Assembly (NCBI GenBank): GCA_002307015.1
Contig: DBTK01000106.1
Span: forward strand, 1,647-65,646
DNA: 64,000 nucleotides
Direction: 5' to 3'
Origin: Spirochaetaceae bacterium UBA1318
Lineage (GTDB): Bacteria > Spirochaetota > Spirochaetia > Treponematales > UBA1318
Each line of letters begins with the position of its first letter. The stretch's first letter is position 1. Positions 18,543 to 28,783 of this stretch are shown piece after piece. Position numbers and translations under genes: made by a program. The notes beneath the pieces are model-generated. The model did not search any database, had not been told where the DNA came from, and saw nothing but the letters and a program-made list of their open reading frames with translations.

Positions 18543-20819
18543 ATGAATATCCTGCGATCTACCCGGCGATGGCTTCACGGGAAATTACCGAAACCGTCTC
18601 TGACAGATCCGCCCGGAAGGGACGCCGAACTCCGCTATCGGTTGATCGTCGATACCGCCTCCGAGGGGATATGGGCCTTCAACGCCGACTATGAAACGAC
18701 CTTCGCCAACGCGCGAATGGCCGAAATGCTCGGGAACCGGCAGGAGGACCTGGTTGGCCGTCCCTTCGTCGATTTCGTGTATGACGAAGACCGGGAAGAC
18801 CACGGGAAGCGCGAAGCGACACGGAGGGCGGGAAAGCCCGAGGTGTATGAGCGACGCATCCGCAAGGCGGACGGCGCGGCGCTGTGGGTCCTCATTTCGG
18901 CAACCCCAACCTTCGACGATACGGGGCGCTTCAGCGGCTCGTTTTCCATGATGACCGATATCACCTACCGCAAGCACCTCGAGGAGGTGGCCCGGAATTC
19001 GATGGAGGATCTTGAACGGGCGAACGCCCTGCTCGAAGCGAAGGTCGAGGAAAGGACCAGGGAACTCGCCCAACGGGAGAGCTTCCTCTCCATCATATTC
19101 GAAAGCCTGCCGACGACGATTTTCGTCAAGGATGCCCGAACCCTCAGGTATCTCCGCTTCAACCGGGCGGGCGAGAAGCTGACCGGCTGGTCCCGGGAAT
19201 CCGTCCTCGGGAAGACCTCTGCCGACCTCTTCCCCGACAGGGACGAATCGGAAACCATCGGCCGCGACCGAATGGTCGCCGAGACGAAAACGATGATGGA
19301 TATTCCCCTGGAAATTGTCGCGACAGCTCACCTCGGACCGAGGATGCTGCACACGACCTCGATTCCCATCCTGGACGAAGAGGGAGAGAGCCAATACATA
19401 CTGGGAATTGCCGAGGATATCACCGAACGGAAACGGGACGAGGACGACCTCAAGAAGCTCTCGATCGCCGTCACCCAGAGTCCTGCCGCCGTCGTCATTA
19501 CCGACGCCTCGGGCACCATCGAATACGTGAACCCGAAATTCACGGAACTGACGGGCTATACCTCGGACGAAACGATCGGAAAAAACCCGCGCATCCTCAA
19601 TTCCCGGCTCCTTCCGCCTGAATACTTCGAATCCCTCTGGGAAACGATTAGGGCGCGGGAGGTCTGGCACGGGGAATTCCTCAACCGAAGAAAGGACGGT
19701 ACCCTCTATTGGGAGCTCGCCTCGATATCGTCGGTTCTCGGCGACGACGACGAAATCACCCACTACGTGGCGGTCAAGGAGGATATCAGCGACAAGAAGC
19801 GGGTCGAGTTCGAGCTGAAGGAATCGAAGGAGGCGGCGGAAGCCTCGAACCGCGCGAAGAGCGCCTTCCTCGCGAACATGTCCCACGAGATACGGACGCC
19901 CCTCAATGCCATGCTCGGCTTCTCCCAGATCCTGCTTCGCGACGAATCCCTTAAATTCTCCCAGCGTGAAAGCCTCGAAGCGATAGAACGAAGCGGAAAG
20001 AGGCTCCTCGAGCTGATAACCGAGATCCTCGAGCTCTCGAAGATCGAGGCCGGCCGCATGACCTTCAATCCCTCGAGAGTCGACCTTCACAGTCTCGTCG
20101 ATGAAATCTACGCCCTTTTCGGCGCCCAGACCCTCATGAAATCGCTCGAGTTATCGCTCGACTTCGACGAATCCTCCCCGACCCTCATCCTGACCGACGA
20201 GGCGAAACTGAGGAGGGCCCTGATCAACATCATCGGGAACGCCGTCAAGTTCACCGATCGGGGCTTCGTCAGGCTCGAGATCAGGTCAGCGAGGAGGGAG
20301 GACGGACGGTTCGATTTTACCTTTACCGTCGTGGATTCGGGGCCCGGAATCGCCGCCGAGGACCTTCCCCTTCTCTTCCAGGCATTCGAGCAGACGGCTG
20401 CCGGCAAGAAATCGGGAAGCGGTACTGGCCTCGGGCTTGCCCTGAGCCGTGACTACTCGAGGCTCATGGGGGGCGACATCCTCGTCAGGAGCGAGCCGGG
20501 AAAGGGAAGCGTTTTCAGCCTGATGATCGTCGCCGCGGGGATCGAGGACGATTCCCGCTCCGGCAGGGACCGTCCCTCGTTCGGTCAGGTCCCCCGGACC
20601 GGGGAGAAGCCGGTGAGGGTGGCGGAGCTGCCCCGGGACCGCCTCGAGGCCATGAGGGAGGCGACGCTCACGGCTGACATCGACCGGCTGCTCGCCCTGA
20701 TCGCGGAAACCGAGAGGACCGTTCCGGTGACGGGCGCCGCCCTCAGGAAGCTCGCGGCCGAATACCGTTACGCCGAATTGATCGACCTTTTCGATTACGG
20801 GAGGAGCCATGATCTATAA
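18543..20819 (+). CDS. Multi-PAS sensor histidine kinase
   Basis: Three PAS/PAC repeats, FLANMSHEIRTPLN H-box, NAVKFT, DSGPGI, GTGLGL. Confidence 0.92.
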   Translation: MNILRSTRRWLHGKLPKPSLTDPPGRDAELRYRLIVDTASEGIWAFNADYETTFANARMAEMLGNRQEDLVGRPFVDFVYDEDREDHGKREATRRAGKPEVYERRIRKADGAALWVLISATPTFDDTGRFSGSFSMMTDITYRKHLEEVARNSMEDLERANALLEAKVEERTRELAQRESFLSIIFESLPTTIFVKDARTLRYLRFNRAGEKLTGWSRESVLGKTSADLFPDRDESETIGRDRMVAETKTMMDIPLEIVATAHLGPRMLHTTSIPILDEEGESQYILGIAEDITERKRDEDDLKKLSIAVTQSPAAVVITDASGTIEYVNPKFTELTGYTSDETIGKNPRILNSRLLPPEYFESLWETIRAREVWHGEFLNRRKDGTLYWELASISSVLGDDDEITHYVAVKEDISDKKRVEFELKESKEAAEASNRAKSAFLANMSHEIRTPLNAMLGFSQILLRDESLKFSQRESLEAIERSGKRLLELITEILELSKIEAGRMTFNPSRVDLHSLVDEIYALFGAQTLMKSLELSLDFDESSPTLILTDEAKLRRALINIIGNAVKFTDRGFVRLEIRSARREDGRFDFTFTVVDSGPGIAAEDLPLLFQAFEQTAAGKKSGSGTGLGLALSRDYSRLMGGDILVRSEPGKGSVFSLMIVAAGIEDDSRSGRDRPSFGQVPRTGEKPVRVAELPRDRLEAMREATLTADIDRLLALIAETERTVPVTGAALRKLAAEYRYAELIDLFDYGRSHDL

Positions 20820-21888
20820 AGCCGACGTTCTCGTCGTGGACGACAAGACGGAAAACCTCCAGGTTCTCTCAGGGATGCTCAGGGACTCGGGCTACCGGGT
20901 CCGTCCGGTCCCGAGCGGCGCACTGGCTTTGCAGGCCATCGCCCTCGAGCCGCCCGACATCATCCTCCTCGACGTGATGATGCCCGACATGGACGGCTAC
21001 GAGGTCTGCAGGCGGCTCAAGAAGGACGAGGAAACGCGGAATATTCCGGTGGTGTTCCTGAGCGCCCTCGCGGAGACCTTCGACAAGGTGACGGCCTTCT
21101 CGGTCGGCGGCATCGACTACATCACCAAGCCCTTCCAGTTCGACGAGGTCAGGGTCAGGATCGAAACCCACCTCTCGCTCAGGAAGATGAGCCGGGAACT
21201 CGAGCGGTACAGCAACAACCTCGAGGAGATTGTTAAGTCCCAGATCCGGGAACTGAGGGAATCCCAGATGGCCATCATCTTCGCCCTGGCGAAGCTCGCC
21301 CAATCGCGGGACGACGATACGGGCAAGCACCTCGATCGGGTGCAGGCCTTCTGCCAGACCTTGGCCGACCTCCTGAGCATGGACCCCGGTTACGCGAAGG
21401 AGATCGACCGGAACTTCCTCCGGGAGATCGTCCAGGCGAGCCCCCTGCACGACATCGGCAAGGTGGGCATCCCGGACGGCATCCTCCTCAAGCCCGCCAG
21501 CCTCACCCCCGACGAGTTCGAGGTGATGAAAACCCACACGACCATCGGCGCCCGAACCCTCGAGGAGGTGAGGGAGCGATTTCCGCACAACGGCTTCATC
21601 GCGATGGGCATCGAGATAGCCAGATCCCACCACGAGAGGTGGGACGGATCCGGCTATCCCCAGGGCCTCGCGGGAAGTGAAATTCCCCTGTCGGCCAGGA
21701 TCATGGCCCTCGTCGACGTCTACGACGCCCTCCGCTCCACCCGGGTCTACAAGAAGGCCCTTCCCCACGAGGAATCCATCAGGATCATCGCGAGGAGTGC
21801 GGGAAGCCATTTCGACCCGGAAATGGCCGCCATTTTCCTCGAGCACGAGGAGGAGTTTCGCGAGATGTACGATCGATTGAAGGACTGA
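20809..21888 (+). CDS. Response regulator with HD-GYP c-di-GMP phosphodiesterase domain
   Basis: VLVVDD, LLDVMMP REC domain; LHDIGK, HHERWDGSGYP; overlaps the kinase stop. Confidence 0.93.
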   Translation: MIYKADVLVVDDKTENLQVLSGMLRDSGYRVRPVPSGALALQAIALEPPDIILLDVMMPDMDGYEVCRRLKKDEETRNIPVVFLSALAETFDKVTAFSVGGIDYITKPFQFDEVRVRIETHLSLRKMSRELERYSNNLEEIVKSQIRELRESQMAIIFALAKLAQSRDDDTGKHLDRVQAFCQTLADLLSMDPGYAKEIDRNFLREIVQASPLHDIGKVGIPDGILLKPASLTPDEFEVMKTHTTIGARTLEEVRERFPHNGFIAMGIEIARSHHERWDGSGYPQGLAGSEIPLSARIMALVDVYDALRSTRVYKKALPHEESIRIIARSAGSHFDPEMAAIFLEHEEEFREMYDRLKD

Positions 21889-22096
21889 TGTAGCATGAAT
21901 TATGCCGAAAGGCGGTGGCCATATCATATCCTCCATCTGATATTGACCGAGCCTGAGTCTTCCGACAATAATCATTTATATTTAAAAAGTTAATCAACAA
22001 CCTCGCGGCTAGTTGCGCGGTATGTTGGAACTGTAAGGAATGGATGCGGAGGTTCTCATACCCCTTGTTACTCAAGTCAAAAGACACAGCAAGCTT

Positions 22097-22122
22097 CGGG
22101 GTATGAGCCCCCCTGCGAATCA
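22097..22122 (+). promoter_or_regulatory. 26-bp motif copy 1, upstream of the PAS-LuxR gene
   Basis: CGGGGTATGAGCCCCCCTGCGAATCA; 22/26 identical to 23619-23644. Confidence 0.55.
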
Positions 22123-22170
22123 ATAAATTCCCTTAATACCCGACACCCTGGAGGAGCCGTCACCGGCAGT

Positions 22171-23568
22171 ATGCAATCCACGATACGAGAGCGCCCGGAA
22201 ATCGAGCTTTTCCTCATCTCGATCCTGAAGGATCTGGCAGAACCATTCGCGATCGGAGACATCGACGGACCGCTACTCTACGGGAATCCGGCTTTCTCGG
22301 TATTCACCGGATTTACCGAGGGCGAACTCGAGACGATGGACTGGAGAAGGGGCCTCGATGCGGACGAAAACACCTTCGATCGGGAAATCCTCGCCCCCCT
22401 TCCCGGCCGCAGGGGAAAGGCGAGGCTCATGGCCATCCGATGCCGAAGGAAAATCGGGAAACCGGTTCCGGTGATCGCGGCGGTGCGGTTTTTCGATCGC
22501 CTGGTCGTCCTCAATTTCATCGACGCCTCGGCCTACCCTGACGACGGAATCCGCTCGAGCAGGGAAAACGAGCTCTTCCGCACCATCGTCACCTGCGCCG
22601 ACGAGAGCATCTGTCTCGTCAACAAGAATTGCGTGATCACCTACGCGAACGCCCGCATGGCGAGGATGCTCGGGTACGACGACGAGGCTGCCCTCGTCGG
22701 ACGCAGGTTTCCCGACCTCATGACGGCGGCAAGCGCGAGGATCACCCGCCGGAAATTCGAGAACAGGAAACGGGGGCAGACGGAACGCTACGCCGTCGCG
22801 TTCAGGCACGTCGGGGGCTCGAAGGTGTCGGCGCGCATCGTCAGCACCCCGGTCTACGAGGACGGCGAGTTCGCCGGCGCCTTCGCCGTCATCAGCGACG
22901 TCACCGAATCGAAGCGCTACATCTCGGCACTGAAAAAAAGCGAGCGTCGGTTCCGGAGCCTTTCCGACCAGCTTCCCGTCGCCGTCTGCGAGATCGACGC
23001 GGAGGCCCGCATCACCTACCTGAACGAGTTCGGCCTGAACCTCCTTCATGTCTCCCCGGTCGAGGCCAGGAAAAGGCTTTTGCTCCGCGATTTCGTGATC
23101 GGCGATTCGTCCAGGATCTTCGACCAGCTCCTTTCAGACGCGAACGAAAAAGAAAAGACCCGTTACCGGAAAATGAGCATCCTTACGAAGGATGGACAGA
23201 TCGTCTCCAGCTTCTGGAACGTCGCCCGCATGCAGGGGGACGGGGAAACCGGATTCCGCATCGTCATCCTCGATATCATGTGGTCGCTCAAGTCGTCCCT
23301 CCTTCCCGACGACGAGTTCTACGACGGATTCCACCTCACCGAACGGGAACGCGAGATATCGAACCTCGTCATCGCCGGCTTCCTCTACAAGGAGATCGGG
23401 TGGAGGCTGCATATCGGCCTCCCGACGGTAAGGACCCACATCTCGAACCTGTACCGAAAGATGGAAGTCAATTCCCGCGAGGACCTCCTGACGAAAATCG
23501 GCTCCCACCAGATCGACCAGATGGGTTCCGACCGCCTCATGCAGACCATGCTCCGCTACCTGTTCTGA
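22171..23568 (+). CDS. PAS-domain LuxR-family transcriptional regulator
   Basis: Three PAS-like repeats; LTEREREI...YKEIG..L.I..PTVRTHISNLYRKM HTH. Confidence 0.88.
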   Translation: MQSTIRERPEIELFLISILKDLAEPFAIGDIDGPLLYGNPAFSVFTGFTEGELETMDWRRGLDADENTFDREILAPLPGRRGKARLMAIRCRRKIGKPVPVIAAVRFFDRLVVLNFIDASAYPDDGIRSSRENELFRTIVTCADESICLVNKNCVITYANARMARMLGYDDEAALVGRRFPDLMTAASARITRRKFENRKRGQTERYAVAFRHVGGSKVSARIVSTPVYEDGEFAGAFAVISDVTESKRYISALKKSERRFRSLSDQLPVAVCEIDAEARITYLNEFGLNLLHVSPVEARKRLLLRDFVIGDSSRIFDQLLSDANEKEKTRYRKMSILTKDGQIVSSFWNVARMQGDGETGFRIVILDIMWSLKSSLLPDDEFYDGFHLTEREREISNLVIAGFLYKEIGWRLHIGLPTVRTHISNLYRKMEVNSREDLLTKIGSHQIDQMGSDRLMQTMLRYLF

Positions 23569-23618
23569 TGCCAAAAACTCAAGATGTTCGCGGAAAATGA
23601 ACGACCTCGCGGCGCGTG

Positions 23619-23644
23619 CGGGGTATGGACCCGCCGGCGAATCA
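23619..23644 (+). promoter_or_regulatory. 26-bp motif copy 2, upstream of the second MCP
   Basis: CGGGGTATGGACCCGCCGGCGAATCA. Confidence 0.55.
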
Positions 23645-23718
23645 TATCATCGGTATGATGGACACCCCGTCCATATGGCCCAAGAGTGTAAACATCCTTG
23701 ACACGCGATGGAGCACCC

Positions 23719-25473
23719 ATGTGGAAAAGTCTTAAATTAAGAAGCAAGCTGGGCCTTTTCAGCCTGGTATTGAGCGTCGTTTCCCTCGCCGTCGGCATCC
23801 TCGGGTATTCCGGAATGATGGCCATTTTCGACATCGCCCACGATCTGGTCCACAACGACTTGCCTGAGTCGACGGCCCTGCTCACCGCGAGCCAGCACGG
23901 GCTCGAGATCGTCGTCGCCGAACGGACCCTCGCCAACCCCCTGATGGCCGACCCGGCCGTACGGGACTCGATGTACTCTACGGTGGCTACCGGATGGCAG
24001 GGAATCGACAAGGCGAAGGCCGATTACGAGGCCCTGCCCAAGTCGGCCGAGGAAACCGCCGGATGGAGGGGCTACCTCGAGAAGCTCGACCGCTGGAGAA
24101 AGCTCGACACGGCCCTGATCGAGCGCTGCCGGAATCGGGACAGCCTCGTGAAGGGCTCCGAGGCGAAAGGAGCCTCGAAGACGGCGGCTATCGACGTCGA
24201 GATCGCGGGAGCCGCGATCGATTCCCGGAACGCCTACGTCGAGGTTCGCACCGTCATCGATTCCCTCGTGCTCATGACCGAGAAGAATGTCGCCGCCGGG
24301 GACGTCCTCGCCCAGGCGAGGATCAGGAGCATCATAGCGGCCCTGGTGATCGTGATCGCCGCGGCCTTCATCTGTTCCCTCCTCCTCGGGCTCGCGATGG
24401 CGAGGAGTCTCACGAAGCCGATCATCAGGGCGGGGGGCGCCGCCTCGAGCCTCGCGCGGGGAGACCTGACCGTCAGGCTCGAGAGCGATTCCCATGACGA
24501 GATCGGCCAGATGCTCAAGGAACTCAGCTCCATGGCCGGGAAGCTCGAGGAAACGGTCGGCGATGTCAAGGCGGCGGCCGGCGCGGTCAGCGAGGGGAGC
24601 CAGGCCCTCAGCTCGGGAGCCCAGCAGCTCTCGGCGGGAGCCTCCCAGCAGGCGGCTTCAATTGAAGAGATCACCTCCTCGCTCGAGGAATCCTCGGCGA
24701 GCATCAAGCAGAACGCCGACAACGCGGGCAAGGCCAAGGGCATCGCCTCGGCGACCTGGTCCAAGGCCGAGGCAGGCGGGGTCGACGTCGCCGCGACGGT
24801 GGACGCGATGAACCAGATCGTCGCCAAGGTTTCGGTGATCGCGGACATAGCCCGGCAGACGAACCTTCTCGCGCTGAACGCCGCGATCGAGGCGGCCAGG
24901 GCCGGGGAGTCGGGACGGGGCTTCGCCGTCGTCGCCTCCGAGGTCAGGAAGCTGGCCGAAAAAAGCCAGGCGGCGGCGAACGAGATCGAACGCGTCTCGA
25001 CCCAGAGCGTCGCCGTCGCGAAAAAGGCGGGAGCGGCGATCGCGGGCATCGTCCCCGACATCAAGATGACGGCCGACCTCGTCGAGGAGATTTCGGCGGC
25101 GACGGGAGAACAAAGCCAGGGAATCGAGCAGATCAACGCGGCGATCGATCAGCTGAACCGGGTGATCCAGTCCAACGCCTCGGCTTCGGAAGAGCTCGCC
25201 TCCACGGCCGAAGAGCTCGCCGCCCAATCCGAGGAGCTCGAGGCCCAGGTTTCCTTCTTCACCGTTTCGAAGGGGTCGAACGAGGCACAGGCGGAAAAAG
25301 CATCGAGGTCGATCCGATCTCTCAAGGACCAGTCCGCCGCGGCCATGATCCCGGCGCCCGCCCCGGTCTCCGCGACGGCTCCCGGGCAGGGGGAACGGCA
25401 TGAGGCTTCTTCCCGGAAAATCCGGATCCCCGAACCCGCAGCGACCGGAGAATCCGGCTTCGAGGAGTTTTAA
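23719..25473 (+). CDS. Methyl-accepting chemotaxis protein with C-terminal pentapeptide
   Basis: Two TMs, [42 protein letters not shown]; ends GFEEF. Confidence 0.92.
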   Translation: MWKSLKLRSKLGLFSLVLSVVSLAVGILGYSGMMAIFDIAHDLVHNDLPESTALLTASQHGLEIVVAERTLANPLMADPAVRDSMYSTVATGWQGIDKAKADYEALPKSAEETAGWRGYLEKLDRWRKLDTALIERCRNRDSLVKGSEAKGASKTAAIDVEIAGAAIDSRNAYVEVRTVIDSLVLMTEKNVAAGDVLAQARIRSIIAALVIVIAAAFICSLLLGLAMARSLTKPIIRAGGAASSLARGDLTVRLESDSHDEIGQMLKELSSMAGKLEETVGDVKAAAGAVSEGSQALSSGAQQLSAGASQQAASIEEITSSLEESSASIKQNADNAGKAKGIASATWSKAEAGGVDVAATVDAMNQIVAKVSVIADIARQTNLLALNAAIEAARAGESGRGFAVVASEVRKLAEKSQAAANEIERVSTQSVAVAKKAGAAIAGIVPDIKMTADLVEEISAATGEQSQGIEQINAAIDQLNRVIQSNASASEELASTAEELAAQSEELEAQVSFFTVSKGSNEAQAEKASRSIRSLKDQSAAAMIPAPAPVSATAPGQGERHEASSRKIRIPEPAATGESGFEEF

Positions 25474-25476
25474 CCT

Positions 25477-26115
25477 TTGCGTGTCCGCCCGGAAGATCCG
25501 GAAATACTCGAGGCGCTGATCCGCGGGCAAACTGAAGAAAACGAGAAGGTCAGGACGATCGAGTACCAATTCAGGAACGGTCTCCAGACTATCCTGAGCA
25601 TGCTGTCGCTCCAGCTCGGGATGGAACAGACCGAGCCCGCACGGTCGGCCGTCGAATCGGTCAGACGGCGGATCGAGGTCCTCTCGATCGTCCATGACAG
25701 CCAGCTGGAGTACGACCCCGCGATGATTGACCTCGCGAAATCCATCGGGGAGATTACGAGAAGGATCATCCAGGAATCGGGCAGTCTCGGCCCGGGGGTG
25801 TCGCTCCGGTGCGACTCGATGCCGGTCCCCTACTCGGTCGCCCTCTGCCTCGGTTTCTCGGCGGGGGAACTCGTCGCGAACGCGATACGCCACGCATGGC
25901 CCGAGGACAGAATCAGGGGAACCATGGAGATCAGCCTCCGGTCTACGGTATCGGGCGGACGGCTCACGGTCAGCGACGACGGAAGGGGAATGGGGTCCGC
26001 CCCAAAGGGCCTGGGCCTCACCCTGGCCGAACTGATGTCGGAACAGATCGAGGGACGGTTCTCGATCCTGAGCGAAGCGGGAACCGTCGCCGTCATCGAT
26101 TTCCCGCTCGGCTGA
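25477..26115 (+). CDS. HisKA_2-type histidine kinase core without sensor, lacking the H-box His
   Basis: FRNGLQTILSMLSLQ, ELVANAIRHA (N-box), DDGRG, GLGLTL. Confidence 0.7.
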   Translation: MRVRPEDPEILEALIRGQTEENEKVRTIEYQFRNGLQTILSMLSLQLGMEQTEPARSAVESVRRRIEVLSIVHDSQLEYDPAMIDLAKSIGEITRRIIQESGSLGPGVSLRCDSMPVPYSVALCLGFSAGELVANAIRHAWPEDRIRGTMEISLRSTVSGGRLTVSDDGRGMGSAPKGLGLTLAELMSEQIEGRFSILSEAGTVAVIDFPLG

Positions 26116-26172
26116 CCCGAACGGGAACGGAAGGGCCCTGGCGCCCCCGGGAGGCACTCCGGGGGATGGACC

Positions 26173-26673
26173 TCACTTCACCGCGGCGAGGGCCTTCTGG
26201 TAATCCGGTTCCTTCCCGATTTCGGGAACCTGTTCCGTGTAGACGACCTTGTTTTCCGCGTCGAGGACGACCACCGCCCGGGACATGAGGCCGGCCATCG
26301 GACCGTCCACTATGCCGACACCGTAATCCCGGCTGAAATTCCGGTTTCGCAGCTCGCTCAAGGGGACGATGTTCACCGCATCGGCCTCCTTGCAGAACCG
26401 GGACTGGGCGAAGGGCAGGTCGGCGCTGACGTTGAGCACGACGACGTTCGAAAGGTTCTTCACCTCGGCGTCGAAGCGCTTCGCCGATAGGGCGCAGACC
26501 GAGGTGTCGAGCGACGGGACGATGTTCAGAATCTTTTTCTTTCCCGCGAAATCCTTGAGCGAGGCGTCCGAAAGGTCACCCTTCGTGAGGACGAAGTCGG
26601 GTGCCGTAGAGCCGACGCCGGGGAGATTCCCCGAGGTATGAATCGCATTTCCGTGCAGGGTTATCGTTGCCAT
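26173..26673 (-). CDS. tpx: Thiol peroxidase (atypical 2-Cys peroxiredoxin)
   Basis: PSLDTSVCA, SADLPFAQSRFC, EQVPEIGKEPDY; GGAGG RBS. Confidence 0.95.
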   Translation of the reverse strand: MATITLHGNAIHTSGNLPGVGSTAPDFVLTKGDLSDASLKDFAGKKKILNIVPSLDTSVCALSAKRFDAEVKNLSNVVVLNVSADLPFAQSRFCKEADAVNIVPLSELRNRNFSRDYGVGIVDGPMAGLMSRAVVVLDAENKVVYTEQVPEIGKEPDYQKALAAVK

Positions 26674-26749
26674 AAAGCCTCCATTTAATTCCTAGTTCTA
26701 TAATAGGAAAAAACAGGGAAGGAAACAAGGAAAAACGGGAAGGGTGGCG

Positions 26750-28783
26750 CTACTGGATCAGCTGAAGGTTGACGATGGCGGGGATGCTCCTGATGTTCTG
26801 GATGACCTTTTTTAGGTCGTCCTTGTTGTCGAGCTCCATGGTGAAGAACCCGGCGAGCTTGTTGGCGCCCGAGTCCTCGACCTTGCCCTCGAGCAGGTGG
26901 CCCTTCTGCTTGCGGACCGCCCCCTCGATCTCGGAAAAGAGGTCGACGGAATGGCTGGCGGTAACGCGGAAGCGCTTCGTGATCTTCGGGGATATGGTCT
27001 CCCACTCGACCTCGATCATGCGCTCGGGGAAATCGGGAATCTTCTGGGCGACCTTGCAGACCTTCTTGTGCACGATGATGCCGCGCCCCCGCGAGACGTA
27101 GCCGACGATCGCGTCCCCCGTGGTCGGATTGCAGCAGCCGGCAAAGTGGATCATCATGTTGCGCTCGTTCCCGGCCCTTACGCCGACCTTCTGACCCTCG
27201 GCCAGCTTCTGCTTGTCGGAGGTCTCTGGCACCGCCTGGGAGGTCGCCTGCCTGGCGTGCCGCTCGGCGGCTTCGTTCGCCTCCTGGGACATCGGCTTTT
27301 TCTTCGCGACGATGTTCTTGCCGAAGATCAGGGTCTCGTCGTTGTTGAGGAGCCAGGCCTTGATCTTGGACCGGGCCTTGGAGGTCTTGACGCTCCTGAG
27401 CCAGTTGAGGTGGGGGTGGGCGTTCGTCGAGGTGATGATGTCGATCACCTGGGTGTTCTTGAGCTCCTCGGTGAGGGGGATGATCTGGTTGTCGGCCTTG
27501 GCTCCGATGGTATGGGCGCCGATGTCGGAATGGATGTGAAAGGCGAAGTCGACGGCGTTCGACCCGGCGGGAAGTTCGACCACGTCCCCCTTCGGCGTGA
27601 ATACGTAGATCGAATCCTTGAGCAGCTCCCGCTTGATCTCTTCGAGGAACTCTCCCGAGGCGAGGTTGCGGCCGTCCCACTCCTTCAGGCGGTTGATGAT
27701 CGTCAGATCGCCGGGTCTCACGACCTCGTTGGTCATGCCTCCCTTGTAGAGCCAATGGCTCGCGACCCCGAATTCGGCGACCTGGTGCATGTCGAAGGTC
27801 CTGATCTGGATCTCCAGGAGCTTTCCGTCGTAGCACATGACCGTCGTATGGAGGCTCTGGTAGGCGTTCGCCTTGGGCATGGCGATGTAGTCCTTGAACC
27901 GGCCCTCGAGGGGCTTCCAGAGCTGGTGGACGATGCCCAGGAGGGTGTAGCACTCGTTGATGTTCGAACACAGGATCCGGAGGCCCAGGAGATCGTAGAT
28001 TTCGTCGGCCGCCTTGTTCCGCTTCCTCATCTTCTGGTAGATCGAGTAGAAGTGCTTGGCCCGGGCCTCGACCGAAACCTGGATCGAGTTCTTGGCCGAG
28101 GCCTTGTAGAGGGCGTTCGTCACCTTCTTGAGATACTCGGCCCTCTCGCCCTTCTTCGCGGCGACGATGGACTTGATCTGCTCGTAGGCCTCGTAGTTGA
28201 GGGTCTTGAGCGCGAGGTCCTCGAGCTCGTCCTTCATCCAGGAGATGCCGAGCCGGTCGGCGAGCGGGGCGTAGATGTCCAGGCACTCGGTGGCTATCGC
28301 CTTCTGCCGATCCTCCTTCAGGTACTGGAGGGTTCTCATGTTGTTGAGCTTGTCGGCGAGCTTGATGAGGATGACCCTGATGTCCTTGACCATGGCGAAG
28401 AACATCTTCCGGATGGTCTCGGCCTCCTGCACGGTCTTGTTCTTCGCGCGAAGGAGCTCGATCTTGGTGACCCCGTCGACCATGAGGTCGACGTCCTTGC
28501 CGAAGCGCGTGCGGATCTGGTCCCGGGTGCCGGCCGTATCCTCGAGGATGTCGTGAAGGAGGGAGGCGGTGATGGTATCGGCGTCCATCTTGAGGCCGAT
28601 CAGGATGTCGGCGACGCCGAGGGGATGGATGAAGTAGGGCTCGCCGGAGGCGCGCTTCTGCTCGCCGTGCATGGCTTCCCCCCAGCGGGCGGCGTCCATG
28701 ATCCTCGTCCTCTCCTCGGGGGAGTAGGGAGTCAGCCGCTTCTCGAACTCGTCGAGCAGGAGCCCTATCGTCCGTTCTTCCAT
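26750..28783 (-). CDS. rel: Bifunctional (p)ppGpp synthetase/hydrolase (Rel/SpoT)
   Basis: RASGEPYFIHP, intact LLHDILED, RFKDYIAMPKANAYQSLHT, TGS, CC zinc finger, ACT; real start MEERT at 28783. Confidence 0.95.
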   Translation of the reverse strand: MEERTIGLLLDEFEKRLTPYSPEERTRIMDAARWGEAMHGEQKRASGEPYFIHPLGVADILIGLKMDADTITASLLHDILEDTAGTRDQIRTRFGKDVDLMVDGVTKIELLRAKNKTVQEAETIRKMFFAMVKDIRVILIKLADKLNNMRTLQYLKEDRQKAIATECLDIYAPLADRLGISWMKDELEDLALKTLNYEAYEQIKSIVAAKKGERAEYLKKVTNALYKASAKNSIQVSVEARAKHFYSIYQKMRKRNKAADEIYDLLGLRILCSNINECYTLLGIVHQLWKPLEGRFKDYIAMPKANAYQSLHTTVMCYDGKLLEIQIRTFDMHQVAEFGVASHWLYKGGMTNEVVRPGDLTIINRLKEWDGRNLASGEFLEEIKRELLKDSIYVFTPKGDVVELPAGSNAVDFAFHIHSDIGAHTIGAKADNQIIPLTEELKNTQVIDIITSTNAHPHLNWLRSVKTSKARSKIKAWLLNNDETLIFGKNIVAKKKPMSQEANEAAERHARQATSQAVPETSDKQKLAEGQKVGVRAGNERNMMIHFAGCCNPTTGDAIVGYVSRGRGIIVHKKVCKVAQKIPDFPERMIEVEWETISPKITKRFRVTASHSVDLFSEIEGAVRKQKGHLLEGKVEDSGANKLAGFFTMELDNKDDLKKVIQNIRSIPAIVNLQLIQ

